The notes under the pieces are model-generated. The model ran no database searches. It saw only the letters and a list, made by a program, of their open reading frames with translations, and was not told where the DNA came from. This document shows, one piece after another, positions 8,097 through 15,624 of a DNA stretch of 20,000 nt (position 1 is the first letter of the stretch; every line of letters begins with the position of its first letter). The DNA is from an uncultured virus (IMG/VR IMGVR_UViG_3300044912_000713). Taxonomy: Duplodnaviria > Heunggongvirae > Uroviricota > Caudoviricetes. The stretch lies in the IMG/VR virus record IMGVR_UViG_3300044912_000713, one strand, 5' to 3'. The position numbers and the translations under genes are program-made.

Positions 8097-8618
8097 ATGG
8101 CAGTACCTCCAGTGATAACGACAATACCACCTGCAATTTCGGTGACCGCACCGGCGGGAAGCGTGCTGGGTACGGGGATAACGTACCAGCAGTTTTTGCA
8201 GAGCCTCGGCACGTACAACTACGGTGTCGAATACTTCTACATGCAGGCCTCTACCTATCCGGAGATTGGACAGCCGGTATATTACAACAGGTTCCTGGCG
8301 AACGGGGACTCCGTGACGGCTTTCTTGCCTTTTCATGTCGACCCTTACCAGTCCCAACCGGCCATCTTCTACGAGACCGAGAGGGACCAGATAATCTTCA
8401 CCGGACTGACCGCCCTGCAGTTCAAGCTCCAGCCGACCAGCACCGTGTACTTCAAGTTCTTCGCCACGATTCTCTACATAGGCAACGATTCCAACCATAG
8501 CTGGGACGCCTACATGGGAACCGACGCGTTCAAGCAATTGGAGCAGGAGGAGGGAATCACGTTCTTCGACGACTACTGCAATTACCTAATAGACGAAAGC
8601 AACGACAATGTCAATTAA
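8097..8618 (+). CDS. Hypothetical beta-rich protein, possibly virion structural
   Basis: Aromatic-rich alternating beta-strand pattern and acidic tail. Coupled between the membrane genes and the Thr-rich gene. Confidence 0.6.
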   Translation: MAVPPVITTIPPAISVTAPAGSVLGTGITYQQFLQSLGTYNYGVEYFYMQASTYPEIGQPVYYNRFLANGDSVTAFLPFHVDPYQSQPAIFYETERDQIIFTGLTALQFKLQPTSTVYFKFFATILYIGNDSNHSWDAYMGTDAFKQLEQEEGITFFDDYCNYLIDESNDNVN

Positions 8619-10077
8619 ACGGGAGCTCATACAGTTCACGCTGGTCAATTCGACCGACTGCGAGTACACCATTCCGCTCATGCAGCTGAATGTATATTCT
8701 ATCAACGCAACGACCAAGTACAGCTGGAACATAACCTCCCAGAACCTTTCCTGCGGGACGGGAAGTATCGTGATAAATTCAATCACATACAACATAACAT
8801 TTGCCCCGAACCTGGCCGGACTCCTGGCCGCGTTGAACGCGCTCGGATTCGGATTCTTCTGCAGCGAGACGATTGGACCCAACACATTCATATACACCGT
8901 CGACGACACGAACATATACGGAAACCTTGACCTGTGCGCGACCGGAACGACCACGACGACAACGTCAACAACATCAACGACATCAACGACTTCCTCAACG
9001 ACTTCGACGACTAGCTCGACCACGTCGACCACCTCATCTACGACATCTACGACTTCAACGACCTCTTCAACGACATCTACGACTTCTACTACAAGTTCGA
9101 CCACGTCGACCACTTCATCGACAACCACCACGACATCGACTACCACCACGACGACAACCCTTTCAGGCGTAAACCTTAACCTCCTCGAGCAGGCGGTAAC
9201 AGGCGGTAGCAATATAAACGCAGAATACAGCACAGACCTCGGTGTCACATGGACACCGTTCCTAAACAATCCGGTAACTTCGGGCAATCCAAATTACAAT
9301 TCGTATAATTTTCTAAACCTGCTACCCGGAACCACATTGTACGTCGCGTTGCTTGACACATCTAACAACGACATACAATACGGTTCAGGATTTTTCAGCT
9401 CCGACTATGTCTCACTGTGCGGTAAGTCAACGCCATTCATCACGACTATATTAACCGGAGTAAACAATATCTACTTGAACGTCGCGGTGTCCGGTGGAAA
9501 TCTGGTTAATTGCCCGGTTACCACTACCACGACTACAACGACCACATCAACTACGACAACCACAACAACTTTGCCGGCCTGCGTCGAATCGGTATCTTTC
9601 GACGTTACCAGCCCTGGTGACGTATCGGTGACAAACTGCTGTGGAATCGCTTCACTCAACACGTACGCGATAGGAAGCTACACCCTAACTGCGGACTGTT
9701 ATCAGCTTAACGGCGTTGTTGCGATAGACGCGGTAATAACCAACGTCGTATACTCTCTTCCTGCGTGCAACTGTCCTCCGACGACCACAACCACGTCTAC
9801 GACCACCACGACTACGACTGTGGGTCAGCAGATAAACATATTCTTGGACACGACTTCGATTAACGTGTGCTCGGGTAATACCTTCAACAACGTATACATA
9901 ACCCAGAGCTCGACTTTCGGACCTGGAACGATTGTCTACTATGACGCCGGTTGCACGCTACCAATGAACAACACGAACACCTACTTCTACGTTGTTAAGA
10001 ATCCTAGCGCGTCGCAGACCGTGTACGACTGGGATGGAACGACGGGGACGATAGGAAACTCGGTCGGAAGCTGCTAG
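8608..10077 (+). CDS. Mucin-like multidomain protein with three Thr/Ser linkers (putative virion spike/fiber)
   Basis: 489 aa with four beta-rich domains separated by pure T/S tracts of 71, 17 and 13 aa. 15 Cys, only 4 Lys and 1 Arg, no His. Confidence 0.75.
   Translation: MSIKRELIQFTLVNSTDCEYTIPLMQLNVYSINATTKYSWNITSQNLSCGTGSIVINSITYNITFAPNLAGLLAALNALGFGFFCSETIGPNTFIYTVDDTNIYGNLDLCATGTTTTTTSTTSTTSTTSSTTSTTSSTTSTTSSTTSTTSTTSSTTSTTSTTSSTTSTTSSTTTTTSTTTTTTTLSGVNLNLLEQAVTGGSNINAEYSTDLGVTWTPFLNNPVTSGNPNYNSYNFLNLLPGTTLYVALLDTSNNDIQYGSGFFSSDYVSLCGKSTPFITTILTGVNNIYLNVAVSGGNLVNCPVTTTTTTTTTSTTTTTTTLPACVESVSFDVTSPGDVSVTNCCGIASLNTYAIGSYTLTADCYQLNGVVAIDAVITNVVYSLPACNCPPTTTTTSTTTTTTTVGQQINIFLDTTSINVCSGNTFNNVYITQSSTFGPGTIVYYDAGCTLPMNNTNTYFYVVKNPSASQTVYDWDGTTGTIGNSVGSC
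8947..9159 (+). repeat. Thr/Ser coding tract 1 (71 codons, TTS/TTSS periodicity)
   Basis: Only ACN/TCN/AGY codons, with varied third positions. Confidence 0.95.
9520..9570 (+). repeat. Thr/Ser coding tract 2 (T9-S-T7)
   Basis: 17 consecutive Thr/Ser codons. Confidence 0.95.
9781..9819 (+). repeat. Thr/Ser coding tract 3 (T5-S-T7)
   Basis: 13 consecutive Thr/Ser codons. Confidence 0.95.
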
Positions 10078-10099
10078 GGTATATGAAAACACAAAAAAA

Positions 10100-10109
10100 A
10101 ACCATAAAA
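10100..10109 (+). promoter_or_regulatory. AACCATAAAA leader motif (one of six exact copies)
   Basis: 1 nt before ATG 10111. Other copies are on the minus strand at 5827-5836, 14928-14937, 16426-16435, 18186-18195 and 19940-19949, each 0-11 nt upstream of a start codon. Confidence 0.6.
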
Positions 10110-10110
10110 G

Positions 10111-11088
10111 ATGAGAACGGAAGAAAAGCGGCTGACGCTGATTTGCGTGCAGCCTTCAATAATCTACTACGCATGGCAGGTGGAGGTCATGCTCACGAAC
10201 TTCGAGCGGCTCAACCTTCACGATAAATACAACATCCACTGCCTGTTCGCCTACAACAAGAGCGAACCGGACTGGAGGGAGAAGGTGGCGCTCGTCACCA
10301 AGGTGATGTTCCGATTCCAGGGAGTGGCCGAATTTTACTTCTACCCGGACACGAGGCAGTATCCGGTAAGCTACATCTCATCGATTAGACCCAACGCCCT
10401 CAAGCAGCACTTCGCCAGATTCCCCGAGCTCGGGAAGCAGGCGGTTTTCTACCACGACTGCGACATTATCTTCTCCAAGTACCCCGACTTCCTCGATGTC
10501 ATGGTCGAAAGCGGGGAATGGTTCGTTTCGGACACGATATCCTACATCGGATACGAATACATCGTATCGAAGGGACACGACGTGCTCGACCTCATGTGCC
10601 GCATAGTGGGATGCCACCCGTTCCTGATTAGGGACAGGCAAAGCCAGTCTGGAGGCGCGCAGTACCTGATGAGGGGCGTCGACTTCCAGTTTTTCGACAA
10701 GATGGAGAGGGATTGCGAGCGCATGTACCGAGAGGTGACCGACCTAAACAACAAGAAGAAGCAGCTCGACCCCAAGCACCACGAGCTACAAATCTGGTGC
10801 ACCGACATGTGGTGCCTCCTCTGGGGGGCGTGGATGAGGGGATACGACACGCACGTCTCGCCGGCCCTTGAGTTCTGCTGGGCCACGGACCCGCTGGAGA
10901 AGTTCGAGAAGAACTACATTTTCCACAACGCCGGCGTTACGAAGGCCGGAGAGGGATTCTTCTACAAGGGACTCTACACAAACTCACTGCCATACCAGGA
11001 TGAGAGGTATCCGATAAACCCGCAGTCCGCGAGCTCCAAATACCACGAGCTTCTTATGGAGGTCGGAAAGACAAGCTGCCTAATATAA
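10111..11088 (+). CDS. GT-A glycosyltransferase resembling plant peptide O-glycosyltransferases (SERGT1/GT96, HPAT/GT95)
   Basis: Ordered motifs YYAWQVEVM, YISSIRP, VFYHDCDIIF (DxD), GGAQY and WCTDMW parallel YxxWQ, YxxxN(K/R)P, DxD, GG and WxxEMY of the plant enzymes. Confidence 0.6.
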   Translation: MRTEEKRLTLICVQPSIIYYAWQVEVMLTNFERLNLHDKYNIHCLFAYNKSEPDWREKVALVTKVMFRFQGVAEFYFYPDTRQYPVSYISSIRPNALKQHFARFPELGKQAVFYHDCDIIFSKYPDFLDVMVESGEWFVSDTISYIGYEYIVSKGHDVLDLMCRIVGCHPFLIRDRQSQSGGAQYLMRGVDFQFFDKMERDCERMYREVTDLNNKKKQLDPKHHELQIWCTDMWCLLWGAWMRGYDTHVSPALEFCWATDPLEKFEKNYIFHNAGVTKAGEGFFYKGLYTNSLPYQDERYPINPQSASSKYHELLMEVGKTSCLI

Positions 11089-11093
11089 AACCC

Positions 11094-11324
11094 ATGATAG
11101 ACAAGATTAAAGAGATAGTCCAGTCGTACGCGACTATGGTAAACCCCACGGACGAGCAGAAGCGCGCCGCCGAGATAAGGCTCCTGAGCTGCATGAAGTG
11201 CGAGGAGTGGAAGCAGAACGCTGTCGGAATCAGCTACTGCGGAAAGTGCGGATGCGCGACAAAGGGAAAGATATTCTCCCCGAAGGGGGTGAACGCATGC
11301 CCGCTGGGCAAGTGGATAATATAA
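11094..11324 (+). CDS. Small Cys-rich metal-binding protein (DUF6171-like)
   Basis: RLLSCMKC...CGKCGC...K...CPLGKW pattern, common in phage ORFs. Confidence 0.7.
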   Translation: MIDKIKEIVQSYATMVNPTDEQKRAAEIRLLSCMKCEEWKQNAVGISYCGKCGCATKGKIFSPKGVNACPLGKWII

Positions 11325-11334
11325 AATTCTAAAC

Positions 11335-11850
11335 ATGCCATACAGTTACGGAGAGTTCAAGACCCAGGTCAGGGACCACATAGTGGACAACTTCCCCAGG
11401 AGCACTAAAATACTGGACGTCGGCGCCGGAAGCGGCACCTACGGGAACCTTCTGAAGCCCCACTACGACGTGGTGGACGCCATCGAGGTTTTCCCAGAGT
11501 ACGTGAAAATGTTCGACCTGCGCTCGAGGTACAACTACGTGCACATTGGAAACATCATGCAGTTCGGGTTCGAAGGATACGACTACCTCGTGCTGGGGGA
11601 CGTGCTCGAGCACCTGACCGTCTCTGACGCGACCTCGCTGATTGAGAGGATTGACGCGCTGGGAAAGAAGGCGCTGGTGGCCGTGCCGTACATGTTCGAG
11701 CAGGGGATTGAATTCGGAAACATCTACGAGACCCACCACCAGCCGGACCTCACCGTGGCGAGGATGTACCAGCGATACCACACCCTTAGGCTCATATACG
11801 GAGACCTCGGCTACGGTTACTACATCAACTACATACCGCCGATAAAATGA
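11335..11850 (+). CDS. Class I SAM-dependent methyltransferase
   Basis: ILDVGAGSG, DAIE and YDYLVLGDVLEHL motifs. Confidence 0.88.
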   Translation: MPYSYGEFKTQVRDHIVDNFPRSTKILDVGAGSGTYGNLLKPHYDVVDAIEVFPEYVKMFDLRSRYNYVHIGNIMQFGFEGYDYLVLGDVLEHLTVSDATSLIERIDALGKKALVAVPYMFEQGIEFGNIYETHHQPDLTVARMYQRYHTLRLIYGDLGYGYYINYIPPIK

Positions 11851-12548
11851 ACCTGAAAGTCGTAGTAAACAACAGGAACAGGCTCACGACGACCAGAAAC
11901 ATGGTCGAGCACCTGCTGCGGCTGAACCCGAGGCAGGAAATCGTCATTCTCGACAACGCCTCGACGTATCCGCCCCTCATGGAGTGGTACCAATCCGTAA
12001 ACGAGAATCCGGAGAGGTGGCCCACCCTGCAAATCAGGCTCCTGCCGAACCTCGGACACCTGGCGTTCTGGAACTCAAACATGCAGGGCGAGGTCGGCGA
12101 GTACTTCGTGTACAGCGACTCAGACATAGAGCTCGACCCGGAGATGCCCCATAATTGGGCGTTGCAGATGATTAACTTGATTGAGAAGTACGAAATCAAT
12201 AAGGTCGGGCTTTCCATACGGATTGACGACATACCGGACCACTATCCCCATAAATCCCAGGTTTTGAGGGACCAGGCCGGATGCTGGAAGGAAGAGGCGG
12301 AGCCGAACGTGTTCTGGGGCGATACGGACACCACATTCTGCCTAATCAGGAACGTGGGGGGAAATCCCTACAGAAGCCTCAGGGTGGCCAGAAAAGGCTT
12401 CAAATCGCGCCACACACCCTTCTACCTAGACTTCGAAGACCTGTCTCCGGAGGAGCTTTACGTCCTGGACAACCACGACGGGCGGTTCCACACCCAGTAC
12501 ACGAGCGCCCACGTGCGGGAAAAGAAAAAGACGAATCCCCATGAATAG
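11847..12548 (+). CDS. GT2-like glycosyltransferase
   Basis: VVVNNRNR, IVILDNAST, NLGH and YSDSDI (DxD) motifs. Confidence 0.78.
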   Translation: MNLKVVVNNRNRLTTTRNMVEHLLRLNPRQEIVILDNASTYPPLMEWYQSVNENPERWPTLQIRLLPNLGHLAFWNSNMQGEVGEYFVYSDSDIELDPEMPHNWALQMINLIEKYEINKVGLSIRIDDIPDHYPHKSQVLRDQAGCWKEEAEPNVFWGDTDTTFCLIRNVGGNPYRSLRVARKGFKSRHTPFYLDFEDLSPEELYVLDNHDGRFHTQYTSAHVREKKKTNPHE

Positions 12549-13413
12549 ACTTAAAAACAATGACAATCCAAGGGTCACGGCGATACTGTGCACCTACGGT
12601 CGCTTCTCCTGCGTGGAGAGGGCGGTTAACTGCTTTCTCGCGCAAAGCCATGGAAACAAAGAACTCGTCATTTACAATACGGACGATGAAAACCCCTATC
12701 TCGACCGAGGCGGTCGTTTGGAGGCCCACGGCATACTAATAGTCAACAACGGGAGGGACAGGGTAACGGGACTTCCGTACACGAACGTCGGAGCCGTACG
12801 AAGGGACGCGCTGGTGTTCGCCGGCGGGGAATACGTGGTAACGTGGGACGACGACGACATATACCTGCCCCACCTGATGGAGCAGGCGTTGGACAGGATT
12901 TGGCACACGGGACTTCCGTCATTCAAACCGGCCATGTCGTTCTTCTACAGCGGGGACTACCTGAGGCTGGTCCAGAACACCATGGAGGCATCCGTCGTAG
13001 CGAAAAGGTCCAAGGTAGAGGAGTATGGATACAACCTCGAGACGGGAAGGGAGGGTCTGGCGTGGTACACGAGGATGAGGGACAATCGCGAGCTCGACGA
13101 GAACGACGCCCACTGCGTACCCAGCTACTGCTTCAACTGGAACGATGGTGACACCATGAAGGCTCCCCACAAGCAGTCCGGCGACATAGACAATCCCGAG
13201 AATTTCGAAATACACAAGACCCGCTCCACCGACCGGGTGGACGGCAGAGACATCGAAATATACGGGGTAGAAAAAATGGCCCGGGTTTACGAGCCATACT
13301 TCAGGTTCCTATTCGACCATTCGAGCGAATTCCCGGACGACCTGTTCGACAAATACGTCAGCAGGAGCTGGGACTACGTGGAATCGCTGGTGGGTTTTTC
13401 CAGACGCTCATAG
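12541..13413 (+). CDS. Glycosyltransferase family 2
   Basis: VTAILCTYGR...AVNCFLAQ...KELVIYN...VGAVR...YVVTWDDDDIYLP. Confidence 0.85.
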   Translation: MNRLKNNDNPRVTAILCTYGRFSCVERAVNCFLAQSHGNKELVIYNTDDENPYLDRGGRLEAHGILIVNNGRDRVTGLPYTNVGAVRRDALVFAGGEYVVTWDDDDIYLPHLMEQALDRIWHTGLPSFKPAMSFFYSGDYLRLVQNTMEASVVAKRSKVEEYGYNLETGREGLAWYTRMRDNRELDENDAHCVPSYCFNWNDGDTMKAPHKQSGDIDNPENFEIHKTRSTDRVDGRDIEIYGVEKMARVYEPYFRFLFDHSSEFPDDLFDKYVSRSWDYVESLVGFSRRS

Positions 13414-13995
13414 GGTGTCCGAGGTTTTCCCCCTTCTACCCAGAAACGCCTGCGAGTCCTCGCAGTGTATCAGCTCGAACCCGTTTTCCAAGAGGTAGGG
13501 AATCGAGAGCTTCCCCTTTCCATCGAATTGGTCGTTGAAGACGTCGTCTATGAGCACGAAGCACGTGTCGGCGAGCATGTCCCACGCGGCCTTCAGCTCG
13601 TTTACGGAGTGCTCCTGGCATCGGCGGACGTTCTCCGCGTCTCCAACATAGTCGTAGCTGTCGAGGAATAGCAGGTGAATCGGCTCTTTGAACGCCGAAA
13701 GGTAGGCTACGGAGTCTTGTTTGGTGTATTCAACGTAGTCTGACGGCGGCACGACGATTTTCGCCTTGTTCAGGTGGTTCTCGTCAATGTCGACGACGTA
13801 CACCCTCGAATCCGTCTCACGGGCGTGGTACTCCCAGTTTAGGGTGCTCCACCCGTCCCCGAACCGGCACTCGTCCGTGTTGTTCCTTATGCACCCGGTC
13901 TCTACTATGTTTATGGGATGGTCGAAAGTTGCGGCGAGCGTCAACAGCACCCGCGTGAAGGACGTGTTTCGTCCTGTCTCTGGCTTTGTGTTCAT
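13408..13995 (-). CDS. Class I SAM-dependent methyltransferase (Methyltransf_24-like)
   Basis: IVETG...GWST, VVDID, DSVAYL, LLFLDS and VLIDD motifs. Confidence 0.8.
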   Translation of the reverse strand: MNTKPETGRNTSFTRVLLTLAATFDHPINIVETGCIRNNTDECRFGDGWSTLNWEYHARETDSRVYVVDIDENHLNKAKIVVPPSDYVEYTKQDSVAYLSAFKEPIHLLFLDSYDYVGDAENVRRCQEHSVNELKAAWDMLADTCFVLIDDVFNDQFDGKGKLSIPYLLENGFELIHCEDSQAFLGRRGKTSDTL

Positions 13996-14006
13996 TTCTT
14001 TAATTT

Positions 14007-14927
14007 TTATTCGGGAATGTCGGGAAGCGAGTTGAACGTCTTGATGGCGGAGGGCTGCTTCACGGACGCAATCTGCTTGGCCTCCACAATCTTAATCTGG
14101 TTGTCCTCGTCCAGCGACAGGTAAGCCCCCCCTTCTATTCGCGTCTCCAAATCGACCGCCTGCTTCCCGTAGTAGTCCTTCGGGAGGAGCTTCGCCAGCT
14201 GAATCAGCGCGGTCTTTCTCGCCATCCAGAAGTTCGGGTCCTTTCGGTCGTTGAAGTAGAGCTCGTTGTTGTACTTGCTGAGCTGCTGAATCTTGACTAT
14301 CTCCCCCTTCGAGAGGACGAAGAACTGCTGCCTTCCGCTTTTCAGCGTCGCGACCGCGTAGACGAACTTGAACGTCTCGGAGTCCCTCTTCACCGAATAG
14401 TCCGCGACGTGCACGATGTTGGGCGTCAGTCCGTACGTCACCTTGAACTCCTCCCCCTCGAACACGACGTACGTGTCGATGTGGTCCACCTCCCCGGAGC
14501 GCAGTATTATCGACACGAGGCCCCTGTATCCTATCTGCGGGGTTACGGTCATCTTTCCGTCAATCCTGCGGGGAATCAGGAAGAACTCCTGCTGGTTGGA
14601 CGGCATGAGCCCTATCTCCGCCCCGGCCAGTATCGACGCGAACATCGACGCCGGGTTCTCGATGAAGGCCTGCTGCAGCTTCTCGTTCTTCTTAATCTCG
14701 GTCAGCACGACCTGCACGAACTTCGATACGGGTATGTGGTGCGTGGCCAGAAGGTCGGGCAGCACGTTTTCCTTGTAGGACTCCATGTACTTCTGGAATC
14801 GCTGGATTGGCGTCAGCGGTCTGCTCGCCTCCGCCGGTAGCGACTCCACGGGGGTTGAAATGTCTTTTGCCGGTTGCAGCTCCTGCTGCGGCTGGGTCTT
14901 TCTGACCCGCTTTCTTGGTGTTGTCAT
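14007..14927 (-). CDS. recT: RecT-family ssDNA annealing protein
   Basis: AEIGLMP...FLIP...QIGYRGL...VFEGEEF...VYAVA...MARKT...LAKLLP. ATG 14927 directly follows the AACCATAAAA leader. Confidence 0.9.
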   Translation of the reverse strand: MTTPRKRVRKTQPQQELQPAKDISTPVESLPAEASRPLTPIQRFQKYMESYKENVLPDLLATHHIPVSKFVQVVLTEIKKNEKLQQAFIENPASMFASILAGAEIGLMPSNQQEFFLIPRRIDGKMTVTPQIGYRGLVSIILRSGEVDHIDTYVVFEGEEFKVTYGLTPNIVHVADYSVKRDSETFKFVYAVATLKSGRQQFFVLSKGEIVKIQQLSKYNNELYFNDRKDPNFWMARKTALIQLAKLLPKDYYGKQAVDLETRIEGGAYLSLDEDNQIKIVEAKQIASVKQPSAIKTFNSLPDIPE

Positions 14928-14938
14928 TTTTATGGTTT

Positions 14939-15070
14939 TTATTTGTTTGTCCTGTATAGCCTGGTGTATCCCTGCCTGACCTCGCAGAAGTACCGCACGT
15001 ACCTCACGTTGTACGGAAGGTACACGACGTGTCCGCACAGCTCGCAGCGGTATCTGTACCTCGCGCTCAT
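14939..15070 (-). CDS. 43-aa Tyr/Arg-rich CxxC peptide, below the ORF track cutoff
   Basis: MSARYRYRCELCGHVVYLPYNVRYVRYFCEVRQGYTRLYRTNK*. ATGA overlap with the upstream stop, and fills the gap up to the recT leader. Confidence 0.6.
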   Translation of the reverse strand: MSARYRYRCELCGHVVYLPYNVRYVRYFCEVRQGYTRLYRTNK

Positions 15071-15309
15071 AGGTTGTTGAGGATGTGTCTCCTCTCGCTT
15101 TCGGTTAGCCGGTCAGTGATGTCTATCCACAGCCCCTCCTTCACCTCAATCCTCACGGACGCGATGTCGCGCGAGAGCTCCTCGTCCTCGTCGAACGTGT
15201 GGAAGCCGTGGCACTCCTCCACCCGCTGCGGGTTCTTCTTTATGGTGTAGGCAACGTCTACCAGCGTCTCCATCGACGCGATTTCGTTTATCGAATATGT
15301 GTCAGCCAT
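15067..15309 (-). CDS. Hypothetical protein (80 aa)
   Basis: ATG 15309 lies 5 nt after the upstream stop. The longer track ORF overlaps the neighbour out of frame. Confidence 0.65.
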   Translation of the reverse strand: MADTYSINEIASMETLVDVAYTIKKNPQRVEECHGFHTFDEDEELSRDIASVRIEVKEGLWIDITDRLTESERRHILNNL

Positions 15310-15314
15310 GGTTT

Positions 15315-15620
15315 CTATTTTAGGTGCATGATTATCTTTCCCCGGTGCAGCTTCGGGATTGGATGCCCCTCGAACAGCGGAACGCCGTCGAACCTGTCCG
15401 GATTCTGGAACTCGTCCTCCATCTCCACGTGCACCTCGACGTCGTTGTTCAATATGAACTCCGCGTGGTCCAGCGAGAACCTCTCGAGGTGCGTCCTGGT
15501 CGTGAAGTTGTCGTAGTCGTTGGACACCCATCCTATCAGGTCGTGACCGATGATGGTGCCGTCCGCGAGCTCGACGCTCGGGTTGCCGTCGTCCATGATA
15601 AGCCTTCCGGGAAACGTCAT
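15315..15620 (-). CDS. Hypothetical acidic protein
   Basis: Tiles between its neighbours with 4-5 nt gaps. Confidence 0.65.
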   Translation of the reverse strand: MTFPGRLIMDDGNPSVELADGTIIGHDLIGWVSNDYDNFTTRTHLERFSLDHAEFILNNDVEVHVEMEDEFQNPDRFDGVPLFEGHPIPKLHRGKIIMHLK

Positions 15621-15624
15621 ATAG

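Noticed and set aside
8947..9159. Possible CRISPR array or DNA satellite
   Set aside because: There is no constant repeat with unique spacers. The periodicity is at codon level inside a CDS.
8586..9287. 233-aa Val/Asp/Glu-rich ORF on the minus strand (also 9471-9662)
   Set aside because: It is the antisense shadow of the Thr/Ser codons, and the + strand gene is operon-coupled.
13408..13413. Intrinsic terminators at convergent junctions (also 3827-3852)
   Set aside because: The genes overlap at their 3' ends, and no hairpin plus U-tract was found.
14928..15038. RecT N-terminal extension from 15038
   Set aside because: It is a non-ATG start overlapping the 43-aa ORF. The leader motif abuts ATG 14927.
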